Shown here one piece after another: positions 8,944 to 19,194 of a stretch of DNA of 39,452 bases. Location: NCBI GenBank assembly GCA_031374535.1, contig JANMGF010000076.1, forward strand, positions 1 through 39,452, read 5' to 3'. Origin of the DNA: Polyangium sp. (GTDB taxonomy: Bacteria; Myxococcota_A; Polyangia; Polyangiales; Polyangiaceae). Every line of letters begins with the position of its first letter. The first letter of the stretch is position 1. The position numbers and the translations under genes were made by a program. Under the pieces are notes generated by a model. That model saw only the letters and a program-made list of their open reading frames with translations. It had not been told where the DNA came from and ran no database searches.

Positions 8944-11900
8944 ATGGAGGGCGTGCCGAAGCGGTCCTCGGTCATCCCCAGGCCGACGGCGAAGGCGCCG
9001 AACCCCTCGCTGCCCAAGGGCGGCGGTGCGGTGCGCGGGCTCGGGGAGAAGTTCAACGCGAACCTCGCCATGGGCACGGGCACGTTCAACGTCCCGATCG
9101 CGACGACGCCTTGCAAGGGCCTCACGCCCGAGCTCGCGCTCACCTACGACTCGGGGACCGGGAACGGCCCCTTCGGCGTCGGCTGGCACCTCTCGGTCCC
9201 GTCCATCACCCGCAAGACGGACAAGGGCCTGCCCGAATATACCGACCACTGGGACACGGATACGTTCATCCTCTCCGGCGCCGAGGACCTTGTTCCGGTG
9301 CTCGGTCCAGATGGGAAGAAGCTGATCACCACCGAGCAGGGCCGGAGGATCCAGCGCTATCAGCCTCGCGTCGAGGGGGCCTTCGCCCTCGTCGAGCGCA
9401 TCACCGAGGCGAGCGCCCATTACTGGCAGGTGATCATGAAGGACAACATTCGGCACATCTACGGCAAGTCGAAGACTGCCCGGGTTGCCGATGCATTGTA
9501 CCCAGACCGGATCTTCACCTGGCTCCTCGAGCGCACGGAGGACGCGCGGGGAAACATCATTCAGTACGAATACAAGGCCGAAGACCTGGCAAACGTGCCG
9601 AAGTCTCTCCACGAGAAGCACCGGCACGAGGAGCCCAAGCTCTTCTCGAATAGCTACTTGAAGCGCATTCGGTACGGGAACAAGAAGCCCGGCGAGGCCG
9701 ACGACTTCTACTTCCAGGTCGTCTTCGACTACGGCGAGCACGAGGCCGAGACCCCGGGGCCGGACGAGGTGAAGCCGTGGCCCTGCCGGAAGGACCCGTT
9801 CTCGAGCTACAGGGCCACCTTCGAGATCCGCACCTACCGCCTCTGCCGGCGCGTTCTGGTCTTCCACCACATCCCCGAGCTCGGCGCGGAGCCCGTGCTC
9901 GTGCGCTCGACGGACCTTGCCTATGTCGAGGCGCCGACCCTCTCGCAGCTCGTCGCGGTCACGCAGTCGGGGTACATCAAAAAGAACGGCGGCTACACGA
10001 AGAAGTCGCTGCCGCCGCTTGAGCTCGGCTACTCCCTGCCCGAGCTCCATACCGAGATACATACCGTCGACCCGGAGTACACGGCGGACCTCGGCAACTT
10101 CGACGGCAAGCGGGCGCGGTGGGTTGATCTCGAAGGCGAGGGGCTGCCCGGGGTTCTTGTCCAGCACGGCGAGGGCTTGTTCTACAAGCAGAACCTCGGC
10201 GAGGCCGAGCTCGCGCCGGCCAGGCAGCTCATGCGCCGTCCCAATGCCCTTGCACCCACCATGGGCCGCACGGAGCTTCTGGATCTCGAGCACGAAGGCC
10301 GCCCGTGCCTCGTGTTCTTCAACAGGACCGGCTCAGGGATTCACGAGCGCACCGTGGATGGCGAATGGGGGCCGTTCATGCCCTTCACATCCCATCCGAA
10401 CATCCCCTGGAACGATCCGGGCGTGCGCTTCATCGACATTACCGGCGACGGCCAGCAGGACATCATCTTCACGAGCGGGCACGTGCACATCTGGTTTCCC
10501 TCGCTCGGCAAGAAGGGCTGGGGGCCGCCGCGCAATCTGCCGATGGTCTTCGACGAGGACCTGGCGCCAACGGAGGTGTACCGGGACAATCGAGGCATTG
10601 TCTTCGTCGCGGACATGACCGGCGACGGCATGCCCGACATCGTGCGGATCAAGAACGGCAGCATCTGCTACTGGCCAAACCGTGGTCTTGGGCGGCTCGG
10701 GCCCAAGATCGAGATGAGCAACGCGCCTCGGTTTGATGACCCGGTCCGTTTCGATCCTCGGCGCATCCGGCTCGCGGACATCGACGGCTCGGGCACGACG
10801 GACATCCTCTACATCGGCGCCGACGGGATCCAGATCGCCTTCAACCAGGCGGGGAATAGCTGGAGAAAGGTCGAGAAGCTGCCGGGGTTCCCGACGGCCG
10901 ACCTCGGGTCGCCGATCTCGGTGCTCGACTTCCTGGGTACGGGGACGGCGTGCATCGTCTGGTCCTCGCCCTGGAAGGGCGTGGCGCAGCCGCCGATGCG
11001 GTACATCGACCTCTTGGGCTCGAAGAAGCCGTACTTGCTCACTTCGGTGAAGAACAACCTTGGGGCGGAGATGAAGCTCGAGTACGCGCCCTCGACGAAG
11101 TTCTACCTGGAGGACTTGAAGAACGGGACGCCCTGGATCACGCGACTGCCCTTTCCGGTGCATGTGCTCGCCCGCGTGGAGACCCACGATGCCGTGAGCG
11201 GCACGAGGTTCGTCAGTACATACAATTACCACCACGGCTACTACGACAGCGCGGAGAAGGAGTTCAGGGGGTTCGGCCTTGTAGAACAATGGGATGCAGA
11301 ATCATTCTCCGAGAACGAGCACCACCTATCGCCGGTCCTGACGAAGACGTGGTTTCATACGGGCGCGTTCTTCGAGAAGGACAAGATCGAGAACCAGTTC
11401 GCGAGGGAGTACTACGCGCACAACGCCCAGGCGCCTGGACTTGCCGAAGCTGTTCTTCCCCAAGGCATGAGCCCGAGGGAGGCACGGGAGGCTGCGCGAG
11501 CCCTCAAGGGCCAGATGTTGCGGCAGGAGATCTACGGGCTCGACGGCTCGCCGCAGCAAGAGCACCCGTACCTCGTCACCTCGGCCAGTCACGAGATTCG
11601 CAAGCTGCAGCCGGCCACGGACAAGGCGCATGCGGTCTTCTTCCCGTACGTCCGGGAGAAGTTCGAGGCCCACTACGAGCGAAATTCGAAGGATACGCGC
11701 GTCGTCCACACCCTGGCGCTCGAGGTTGATGCCTTCGGTCACGTGACCCGCGCCGCGACAGTTGCCTACGCCCGCCGGAACATGGAGCTGCCCGAGCAGG
11801 GCCTGCTCGCCACGATCACCGAGGCCACGGTGGCGAACGAGCCCGCCCAGTCGGGCTTCTACCGCCTCGGGGTGCCCGTCGAGACCCGGGCGTACGAGCT

Positions 11901-14900
11901 CACGGGCCTCGTGAAGACGCAGAGCGCGTGCTTGGCGTTCGCCGACGTCCTCGCCTCGGTGAACAACGCGGCGACCATCCCCTACGAGGCCGCCCTCGAT
12001 GGCAGCCTCCAGAAGCGCCTCGTCGAGCACGTGAGGCACCTCTACTGGGACAGCTCGACCCTGGCCGGCCCGCTGCCTCTCGGGGCGGTGGACGGGCTTG
12101 CGCTGCCCTACGAGACCTACACGCTCGCTTTCACGCCGGGGCTGCTCGCGGCGGCATACGGCTCGCGCGTCACGCCGCAGCTCCTCGCCGAGGGCGGGTA
12201 CGTCGAGCAAGACGGCTTGTTCTGGATCCGGAGTGGACGGGAGACCTTTGATCCGACCAGGTTCTACTTGCCGATCGAGGTCACAGACCCCCTGGGACAA
12301 ACCACGGAGATCGGCTACGACAGCTACAACCTGCTCGTGGTCTCGGTGGTTGATCCCCTGGGCACCGAGATCACGGCGGAGAACGACTACCGCACGATGT
12401 CCCCGGTCCTGGTTACCGACCCGAACAAGAACCGCACCGCGGTAGAGCTCGACGAGCTCGGGCTGGTCGTGGCCACGGCGGTCATGGGCAAGGTCGGCGC
12501 GGGCGAAGGGGACACGCTCGCGGAGCCGACCACTACGTTCGAGTACGATCTCGAGCGCTGGTGGAAGGACAAGAAGCCGAACGTCGTGCACGCAGCGGCG
12601 CGCGAGCGGCATGGAGATCCCGGCACGCCCTGGCAGCACCGCTACACGTACCTCGACGGGCTCGGGCGCGAGGTCATGAAGAAGGTCCGCGCCGAGGCCG
12701 GGCCCGTGCCGAAGCGGGACCAGAACGGCATCCTGGTCAAGGATGGGCAGGGGCAACTCGTCCTCGAAAGCACGACCGTCCGCTGGGTGGGGACGGGACG
12801 AACCGTGTTCGACAACAAGGGCAGTCCGGTCAAGAAGTACGAGCCCTTCTTCAGCGCGACGCACGAGTACGAGGACGAGAAGGACCTCGTCGAGTGGGGC
12901 GTGACGCCGATCCTCCGGTACGACCCCCTGGGGCGCCTCGTCAGGACCGATCACCCGAACGGCACGTTCTCCCGTGTGGAGTTCACGCCCTGGAAGCAGA
13001 GGAGCTGGGACGAGAACGACACATTGCTGGAGAGCGCGTGGTACGCGGCCCGGCAGGCCGGCGCCTCGCCCTTGCCCTCACCCCAGGAGCAGCGGGCCGC
13101 ACTGCTCGCCGCGAAGCACGCCGGCACCCCGGCGGCGCTTCACCTGGATGTCCTGGGCCGGCCGGTCGTGAAGGTCGAGGACAACGGGGCCTCGGGGAAG
13201 TACACGACCGCGACGACGCTCGACATCGAGGGCAACCCTCTCGCCGTCACCGACGCCCGAGGCAATACGGCAATGGCGCAGCTCTTCGACATGCTGAGCC
13301 GGCCGCTCAGCCAGAAGAGCATCGACGCGGGCGAGCGGTGGACCTTCTTCGACGTGCTCGGCAACCCGATCCGGAGCTGGGACAGCCGCGGGCATGTCGT
13401 CCGCTCAGTCTACGATGCCCTTCACCGGCGCACGGAGCTCTGGGTGCAGAAGGACGCGGGCGCGGAGATCCTGGCGGAGAAGACGAGCTACGGCGAAGGG
13501 CAGCCGAACGCGCAGGCCGTGAACCTGCGCGGGAAGACGTACCAGGTCAGGGACGGCGCTGGCCTCGTCACGCACGTGGCCTACGACTTCAAGGGCAACC
13601 CCCTCGAGGTGCACAGGCAGCTCGCCAAGAACTACAAGGTCGACATCGACTGGTCTGCGTCGCCGGTGCTCGAGGCGGAGACGTTCGTCCAGAAGACACA
13701 ATACGACGCGCTCAACAGGCCGACGAGCCTCACCACGCCGGACCAGAGCGAGGCCAGGCCGAAGTACAACGAAGCGGGCCTGCTCGAGCAGGTAGAAGTG
13801 CGGCTGCGCGGGGCGGTCAACTGGACGACGTTCGTCGACGATATCGATTACGACGCGAAGGGGCAGCGGGAGAAGCTCGTCCACGGAAACGGCGTCGTCA
13901 CCGAGTACAGCTACGACCCGCTCACGTTCCGGCTGACGAGGATCAAGACGACCAGGCCCTCGGACGGGGCGCTTTTACAAGACCTTCGCTACACTTACGA
14001 CCCCGTCGGCAATATCGTCGAGATCGCGAACCTCGCGCAGAAGACCGTCTTCAACAACGGGCCTGTCGATCCGGTCTGGGAGTACAAATACGACGCCTTG
14101 TACAGGCTGATCGAGGCGACAGGCCGCGAGCATGCGGGCCAGAACGCCGACATCCAGCAGGACGAGGGCGGCTTCCCGCTGCTCAACTTGCCGCACCCGA
14201 ACGACCCGCAGGCGCTCCGGAACTACACCGAGCGCTACAAGTACGACGCGGTCGGCAACATCGAGAAGATGATCCACGAGGTCGTGGGCCTCGCGGGGAG
14301 CTGGACGCGGCGCTACGACGTCGCGCCGGAGAACAACCGGCTGCTCCGCACGAGCCTTCCCGGTGACGCGGACGGGGAATTCTCGGCGAAGTACGGCCAC
14401 GACGCTCACGGGAACATGACCTCGATGCCTCACCTGCAACTCATCGGGTGGGACTTCAAAGACCAGAAGCGCGCGGTCGACAAGGGCGGCGGCGGTAAGG
14501 TGTACTTCACCTACGACGCCGCGGGGCAGCGGGTCCGGAAGGTCTGGGAGCACAGCGGGATCGTCGAGGAGCGGATCTACCTTGGAGGCTTCGAGATCTA
14601 CCGGAGGAGCGAGGCGGGCTCCCTGGTCCTCGAGCGCGAGACGCTCCACGTGATGGACGGGGCCCAGCGCATCGCCCTGGCCGAGACGAAGACCGTGGAC
14701 GCCTCGGTGCCGAACCTCGCGGTGTCGTCGCGCGTGCGCTACCAGCTCGGCAACCACCTCGGCTCGGCCACGCTGGAGCTCGACGAGGCCGGCCTGGTCA
14801 TCTCCTACGAGGAATACCACCCCTTCGGGACGACGGCCTTCCACGCGGCGGCGAGCGGCGTGGAGGTCAGCGCGAAGCGGTATCGGTACACGGGCAAGGA

Positions 14901-15963
14901 GCGGGACGAGGAGACGGGGCTCTACTATCACGGGGCGAGGTACTACGCGCCGTGGCTCGGGCGGTGGACGAGCGCGGATCCGGCGGGGATGGTGGATGGG
15001 CCGAACCTCTATCAATATGCGTTGTGTAACCCCATCCGGCTACTCGATCCCACGGGTACCCAGGCAATACCACACGGCGACGAAGGCACGGGTGGTTATG
15101 GCCCGGGGGGTTCGGGTGCAGAAGGCTCAGGTCCTGGGAGGGCGCGGCGGCCGGATGAGGACGTAGAACTCCCGCCTCCAGATGAGGCCCCAGCTCCCTC
15201 ACCGCCCCCCCAAGAGAAGGTCCCGCCGACGAAGCCGGAGCAGAAGGGACGCGTGCCGGAGGAACTGCTCAAGGCGGCGGAGAAGGGAGCGATCAAGGTC
15301 GCCGCCGACAAGCCTGGCGCTAAGGATCTGACCGCGGAACAGCGCCAGTTCGCGGTCAAATACTTCCTCTATGCCGTGGACGAGCTCGTGAAGCGCGGGC
15401 TTCCTGTGCGCAATGCTCTCCTGCTCGTCGCCCAGACAGGCATGGAGACGTCCTATGGCCGGAAGCCCACAGAGAAACAACCGAACCCGAACGTCCCGCA
15501 CCACAATTATTTATCCTTTCAACCACAAGAAAGACAACAAGAAGCGCTTGTGAAGATGCGGGTTACAATTCTTGTCGAGCCAAGGATAAACAAGCCTGGA
15601 GGAGAACCACAACCAACTCCAGTTCCCCACTTCGCGGACATCCGCCAGTCCATCGCGGCACAGCTCGACGTAGCGTATGGCATCGGACGGGCGGACACCG
15701 TGGCGCCATGGCCGCAGCTTGGCCGGGAACTGGCCAATGCAGGGGCTACGCCCGCGAGCTATGCGACCCTAGCAGATAACGTGCAGTACTCCGGCACGCC
15801 GTACATGCCCAAGGATCCGAGTGCGTGGAACTTCTCGAAGGAGTACGCCAGAAGTCTGGCAGTCATCTCATCGGCATTAAACAGCCTACCGGAGGGGCTC
15901 AGCCCCGAGACGAAGGCATGGGCGGCCGCCCTGGCCGCGGAGTTGCTGCCGAAGAGGAGATAG
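8944..15963 (+). CDS. TcB-TcC fusion: SpvB-like N-terminus, FG-GAP-like repeats, RHS/YD repeats, RHS core, C-terminal variable cargo (about 2339 aa)
   Basis: ATG 8944 lies 2 nt after the TcA stop. SLPKGGGAVRGLGEKF, YDSGTGNGPFGVGW, DPFSSYRATFEIRTYRLCRRVLVFH, DxTGDGxxD repeats, EFRGFG, RHS core YRYTGKERDEETGLYYHGARYYAPWLGRWTSADP and autoprotease end NPIRLLDPTG (to 15057). Confidence 0.95.
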   Translation: MEGVPKRSSVIPRPTAKAPNPSLPKGGGAVRGLGEKFNANLAMGTGTFNVPIATTPCKGLTPELALTYDSGTGNGPFGVGWHLSVPSITRKTDKGLPEYTDHWDTDTFILSGAEDLVPVLGPDGKKLITTEQGRRIQRYQPRVEGAFALVERITEASAHYWQVIMKDNIRHIYGKSKTARVADALYPDRIFTWLLERTEDARGNIIQYEYKAEDLANVPKSLHEKHRHEEPKLFSNSYLKRIRYGNKKPGEADDFYFQVVFDYGEHEAETPGPDEVKPWPCRKDPFSSYRATFEIRTYRLCRRVLVFHHIPELGAEPVLVRSTDLAYVEAPTLSQLVAVTQSGYIKKNGGYTKKSLPPLELGYSLPELHTEIHTVDPEYTADLGNFDGKRARWVDLEGEGLPGVLVQHGEGLFYKQNLGEAELAPARQLMRRPNALAPTMGRTELLDLEHEGRPCLVFFNRTGSGIHERTVDGEWGPFMPFTSHPNIPWNDPGVRFIDITGDGQQDIIFTSGHVHIWFPSLGKKGWGPPRNLPMVFDEDLAPTEVYRDNRGIVFVADMTGDGMPDIVRIKNGSICYWPNRGLGRLGPKIEMSNAPRFDDPVRFDPRRIRLADIDGSGTTDILYIGADGIQIAFNQAGNSWRKVEKLPGFPTADLGSPISVLDFLGTGTACIVWSSPWKGVAQPPMRYIDLLGSKKPYLLTSVKNNLGAEMKLEYAPSTKFYLEDLKNGTPWITRLPFPVHVLARVETHDAVSGTRFVSTYNYHHGYYDSAEKEFRGFGLVEQWDAESFSENEHHLSPVLTKTWFHTGAFFEKDKIENQFAREYYAHNAQAPGLAEAVLPQGMSPREAREAARALKGQMLRQEIYGLDGSPQQEHPYLVTSASHEIRKLQPATDKAHAVFFPYVREKFEAHYERNSKDTRVVHTLALEVDAFGHVTRAATVAYARRNMELPEQGLLATITEATVANEPAQSGFYRLGVPVETRAYELTGLVKTQSACLAFADVLASVNNAATIPYEAALDGSLQKRLVEHVRHLYWDSSTLAGPLPLGAVDGLALPYETYTLAFTPGLLAAAYGSRVTPQLLAEGGYVEQDGLFWIRSGRETFDPTRFYLPIEVTDPLGQTTEIGYDSYNLLVVSVVDPLGTEITAENDYRTMSPVLVTDPNKNRTAVELDELGLVVATAVMGKVGAGEGDTLAEPTTTFEYDLERWWKDKKPNVVHAAARERHGDPGTPWQHRYTYLDGLGREVMKKVRAEAGPVPKRDQNGILVKDGQGQLVLESTTVRWVGTGRTVFDNKGSPVKKYEPFFSATHEYEDEKDLVEWGVTPILRYDPLGRLVRTDHPNGTFSRVEFTPWKQRSWDENDTLLESAWYAARQAGASPLPSPQEQRAALLAAKHAGTPAALHLDVLGRPVVKVEDNGASGKYTTATTLDIEGNPLAVTDARGNTAMAQLFDMLSRPLSQKSIDAGERWTFFDVLGNPIRSWDSRGHVVRSVYDALHRRTELWVQKDAGAEILAEKTSYGEGQPNAQAVNLRGKTYQVRDGAGLVTHVAYDFKGNPLEVHRQLAKNYKVDIDWSASPVLEAETFVQKTQYDALNRPTSLTTPDQSEARPKYNEAGLLEQVEVRLRGAVNWTTFVDDIDYDAKGQREKLVHGNGVVTEYSYDPLTFRLTRIKTTRPSDGALLQDLRYTYDPVGNIVEIANLAQKTVFNNGPVDPVWEYKYDALYRLIEATGREHAGQNADIQQDEGGFPLLNLPHPNDPQALRNYTERYKYDAVGNIEKMIHEVVGLAGSWTRRYDVAPENNRLLRTSLPGDADGEFSAKYGHDAHGNMTSMPHLQLIGWDFKDQKRAVDKGGGGKVYFTYDAAGQRVRKVWEHSGIVEERIYLGGFEIYRRSEAGSLVLERETLHVMDGAQRIALAETKTVDASVPNLAVSSRVRYQLGNHLGSATLELDEAGLVISYEEYHPFGTTAFHAAASGVEVSAKRYRYTGKERDEETGLYYHGARYYAPWLGRWTSADPAGMVDGPNLYQYALCNPIRLLDPTGTQAIPHGDEGTGGYGPGGSGAEGSGPGRARRPDEDVELPPPDEAPAPSPPPQEKVPPTKPEQKGRVPEELLKAAEKGAIKVAADKPGAKDLTAEQRQFAVKYFLYAVDELVKRGLPVRNALLLVAQTGMETSYGRKPTEKQPNPNVPHHNYLSFQPQERQQEALVKMRVTILVEPRINKPGGEPQPTPVPHFADIRQSIAAQLDVAYGIGRADTVAPWPQLGRELANAGATPASYATLADNVQYSGTPYMPKDPSAWNFSKEYARSLAVISSALNSLPEGLSPETKAWAAALAAELLPKRR

Positions 15964-15965
15964 CG

Positions 15966-16889
15966 ATGTCGGCGTGCAAGGGAAGCGGGCGTCGAAAAAC
16001 GTCTGGGGCGGTAGGTGACCAGTCTTGGCTGACCACCGTGCTGCTGGTCTCGTGCCCGGTCATGCTGGTCGGGCCGTCCTGCGCGGGTTGCCCCGGCGAT
16101 ACACGCCAGGAAGCGGTTCCCAGCTCGGTTTCCGGGGCACAGAACAATTTCGATGGAGGCCCGAATATCACAACCCCGGCCACTCCCACTGTCAGCATTC
16201 CGAGCGTGGAGACGGATGCCTCGACGACCGTAGCACCCTTGAGAGGCACCACGGAGGGTTGCCCCGCTGGCATGGCCAGGATTGAAGGGGGCACGTTCGG
16301 TCAGCGGAAGAATCGGAAGGTCAAGCCATTCTGCATGCAGCGGACGGAGGTTACGCTCGCGCGGTACGCCGAGTGCGTGGCTGCCGGCGGATGCGAAGCG
16401 CCGGCCCAGGGGGAAGCATGCAACTGGGGCGTCGCCGGACGGGAATCGCACCCAATCAACTGCGTCACGTACAAACAGGCGAGCACCTATTGCAACTGGA
16501 TCGGCGCGCGGTTGCCTAGCGAGGACGAATGGGAATGGGCTGCCCGCGGGCGCTCGGCAGCAATGAAGTATCCGTGGGGTGATGTGCCGCCGTCCAAACA
16601 GCTATGCTGGTCCGGGGCCGAACCGCGGACCAGCACTTGCCCCGTTCGCTCTTTTCCAGAAGGCGACTCCCCTGACGGAATCAGCGACCTGAGCGGCAAT
16701 GTATCGGAATGGACGTCAACCCGTGGGCCCGCGCGTAGTGAACGTTCGCCTTTCTCGTACGTTGTTCGTGGCGGATGGTGGAGTATGGACATCCCGGACC
16801 TCTTTCGAGCAGACGTCACGAACTTCAGCGAACCAGCCAGCGCCTTTGACGGCCGCGGATTCCGATGCGTCGCGGACATGAATCGCTGA
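15966..16889 (+). CDS. FGE-sulfatase (SUMF1-like, C-lectin fold) domain protein with N-terminal hydrophobic/Cys segment; candidate immunity protein
   Basis: CPAGMARIEGG, TEVT, HPINCVT, RLPSEDEWEWAARG, YPWG, DLSGNVSEWT, RGG..GFRC. ATG is 2 nt after the RHS stop. Confidence 0.88.
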   Translation: MSACKGSGRRKTSGAVGDQSWLTTVLLVSCPVMLVGPSCAGCPGDTRQEAVPSSVSGAQNNFDGGPNITTPATPTVSIPSVETDASTTVAPLRGTTEGCPAGMARIEGGTFGQRKNRKVKPFCMQRTEVTLARYAECVAAGGCEAPAQGEACNWGVAGRESHPINCVTYKQASTYCNWIGARLPSEDEWEWAARGRSAAMKYPWGDVPPSKQLCWSGAEPRTSTCPVRSFPEGDSPDGISDLSGNVSEWTSTRGPARSERSPFSYVVRGGWWSMDIPDLFRADVTNFSEPASAFDGRGFRCVADMNR

Positions 16890-17042
16890 CCCTGCCAGAG
16901 CGCGCTTCCTGTAGGTACAGCGATAGCCTGCGAACGGCAGAGCCGGACGGCACGAGCCTCGAGGCGACGCAGGTTCGCCGCAGACACTGCACGTGCCCAG
17001 TCTGCCCATGCCTACGCCGAGTACAATCAAAAACGAGGCCAC

Positions 17043-17864
17043 ATGAACCTGCGCCACGTCGTTGCCGCTCTTACCCTCACACTTCTTCTCCCCGCTTTTG
17101 CGATCCTGCCCTCATGCAGCGACCCTGCGTGCGAGGACGGCGGCGAGGGCTGCCCGTGTACGACGGGCGTCGAGTGCGGCAGGCCGCCCGCCTGCACAGG
17201 CTGGATCTGCGACGGCACCTGCCACAGCTTCAACGAGCGCGTGGGCTTCCGCTGCATGATGGATTCCTGCCCTGGCCCGGACAAGTGCCCCGGCGTGTGC
17301 GACGGCGCGGGCACGTGCATCGGGTGCCTGCAGGACGCAGACTGCAAGCCGGGGCATACCTGCGAGCCCGGGAACCTGTGCTCGCAGTGCGATGACGGCG
17401 CGAAGAACGGGGACGAGACCGACGTCGACTGCGGCGCCTCATGCCCACTCTGCCCGGGGACGTGCAACGTGGATGCTGACTGCCCAGGTGGGTACTGTTG
17501 GGATGGCCTCTGCGTCCGATGTGACGATGGGATCCAGAACGGGGACGAATCGGGCGTCGACTGCGGCTCTTTGCTTGGCCACTGTCCCGTCTGCACCGGT
17601 TACAAGTGCGAAACCGACGAGCAATGCGCGACGGGCATCTGCGCTGCCGTTGGGGTCTGCTGCAAGGTCGTGTGCGACGGCTGCCAGCAGTGCGAGGTCG
17701 ATGGGGAATGCGTCCCGATCGCCGGTCCCATACCATGGGCCGACTGCCTCCCCGGACAGCTATGCGGCCTTGGTGGGACCTGTGTGTGGAAGGACGGTTA
17801 TCCCTGCACGAAAAACGAGGATTGCTTCAACCTCGTCTGCTCGAACGGGATCTGTGGATTCTAG
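17043..17864 (+). CDS. Cys-rich exported lipoprotein of myxobacterial type
   Basis: Signal peptide ending LPSC; two CDDGxxNGDExxVDCG repeats; very many Cys; GAGG RBS. Confidence 0.85.
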   Translation: MNLRHVVAALTLTLLLPAFAILPSCSDPACEDGGEGCPCTTGVECGRPPACTGWICDGTCHSFNERVGFRCMMDSCPGPDKCPGVCDGAGTCIGCLQDADCKPGHTCEPGNLCSQCDDGAKNGDETDVDCGASCPLCPGTCNVDADCPGGYCWDGLCVRCDDGIQNGDESGVDCGSLLGHCPVCTGYKCETDEQCATGICAAVGVCCKVVCDGCQQCEVDGECVPIAGPIPWADCLPGQLCGLGGTCVWKDGYPCTKNEDCFNLVCSNGICGF

Positions 17865-17875
17865 CGCTGTATTCG

Positions 17876-19051
17876 CTATGGTGGCGGAGCAAACTCCGGG
17901 ACGCAGCAGTAGGTGACGGGAGCGCCCGTGTACGCCGCGCCGATGACCTCACCCCCGCTGGGCTCGCAGGTACCAGGCTCTGAGAAGATTACCTCGGCCG
18001 CCTTGCTCGCGAGCGCCGTGCCCATCGGCAGGTCGACGCACTTTGGGCCCTCGGTCGAGGGCAGAACGAGAACTCCCTGCTCGTTCGTGCAAGACTCATT
18101 CGCATAAACCCGGACCCGTACCGAGCATGCTCCCGCTTGCGGATCGCCGCACGCGCATGCCGAGCAAACTCGCTGCTCCTCAACCTGCGCCCATCCCTCA
18201 TGTCGGTCCGTCCAGCCCGCTGGACACGATGCCAAGGCCCCCAGCCCGTAGGCGACACGGCAAAGCCTGTAGCCTGGTGGTGGCGGGAGGACACAAATCC
18301 TGGCGATGTCGCAGGTCCCCACATCGCCGGCCGCGTACTCGATGGCCCTCGTCCGCACCGGCGGTGGGAGAGGCTGCCCCTCGGGCAGCATGGCCGGCTC
18401 CGCGACGCACGGTGCGACCGTGGGCGGTTCGATCACCAACGATCGAACGCACGGAGCTCCTTCGCACAGAACGCCTGCTGGGATGGGGCTCGACGAGGAA
18501 CAACTCCCGTCCCAGTCGGCAGGAGGATCGAAAGGGGTGAGGGTGGACAGCGAATTGTCTTGACAAGCGGTCGATTTTGCGTCGCACGCGCTCGGCAGGA
18601 CGCACCCCACGGAGGGCGCCACGCAGGAGCATATCGGGCACGAAGGTTCAGCGAACGCGACGTCCACCCAGCTCTCGTAGGGCTCGGCAGGAAGTGGCGG
18701 CGGCGGGGGATCCGTCTCCTGGCCGAACCACACGTACGACGGGTGCCGGTTGAAGCCGCCGCTGCCTGGCGTGATGCAGTCTCCAGGGCACGTCGATCCT
18801 GGACCTCCATCATCTTCGCCCGCATCGACCTCGGCGCCATCGCCGGCATCCACGTCGGCATCGTCGCCTGCATCGGGCGGGCATGCGTACTTCTCCCCTG
18901 CCGGACCGCAGCACGGGACCTCTTCCTGCGCGTCGTTGTAACAGACGCTGACGAGCTCGATGTTGCCGTCGCAGCTCTCTGCGTCACATGCAGCGAGCCC
19001 GAAGATGATCAACAGGCCGAGGTACGAGGCGAAGGTCTTGAAAGAACGCAC
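17876..19051 (-). CDS. Cys-rich lipoprotein of Sorangium/Polyangium type
   Basis: Lipobox LAAC, acidic DAG-repeat linker, repeated CxxCxC motifs, C-terminal CEPSGG...TYCC. Confidence 0.85.
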   Translation of the reverse strand: MRSFKTFASYLGLLIIFGLAACDAESCDGNIELVSVCYNDAQEEVPCCGPAGEKYACPPDAGDDADVDAGDGAEVDAGEDDGGPGSTCPGDCITPGSGGFNRHPSYVWFGQETDPPPPPLPAEPYESWVDVAFAEPSCPICSCVAPSVGCVLPSACDAKSTACQDNSLSTLTPFDPPADWDGSCSSSSPIPAGVLCEGAPCVRSLVIEPPTVAPCVAEPAMLPEGQPLPPPVRTRAIEYAAGDVGTCDIARICVLPPPPGYRLCRVAYGLGALASCPAGWTDRHEGWAQVEEQRVCSACACGDPQAGACSVRVRVYANESCTNEQGVLVLPSTEGPKCVDLPMGTALASKAAEVIFSEPGTCEPSGGEVIGAAYTGAPVTYCCVPEFAPPP

Positions 19052-19058
19052 GCGGTAA

Positions 19059-19088
19059 AACCTAGCCTCCGCACCTGGACTCCGTCAA
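19059..19088 (-). promoter_or_regulatory. Possible sigma70-type promoter giving a leaderless mRNA for the 19051 GTG
   Basis: Minus strand TTGACG-N18-TAGGTT ending 7 nt before the GTG; no Shine-Dalgarno sequence seen. Confidence 0.35.
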
Positions 19089-19194
19089 CGTTCGGACAAA
19101 CCAATCGTGAGCGCAGCCGCGTTCTACGAACGCTTGCGCCTCGTGCGCCCCACGGGCATGCTCCGCGCCAGGGACAAACCTGGTCATTCAGGTC

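Noticed and set aside
8446-14366. Long antisense and alternative-frame ORFs (615, 542, 601 aa) within the Tc genes
   Set aside because: Shadow ORFs expected from GC3 bias; low-complexity, no motifs. The same applies to the plus-strand ORFs over 25954-37813.
16740-16889. FGE/C-lectin C-terminus as a diversity-generating retroelement variable region
   Set aside because: No template repeat or reverse transcriptase seen in the window.
17385-17570. Repeated TGCGATGACGG...AACGGGGACGA...GTCGACTGCGGC DNA
   Set aside because: Explained by the duplicated Cys-rich protein motif, not an independent repeat element.
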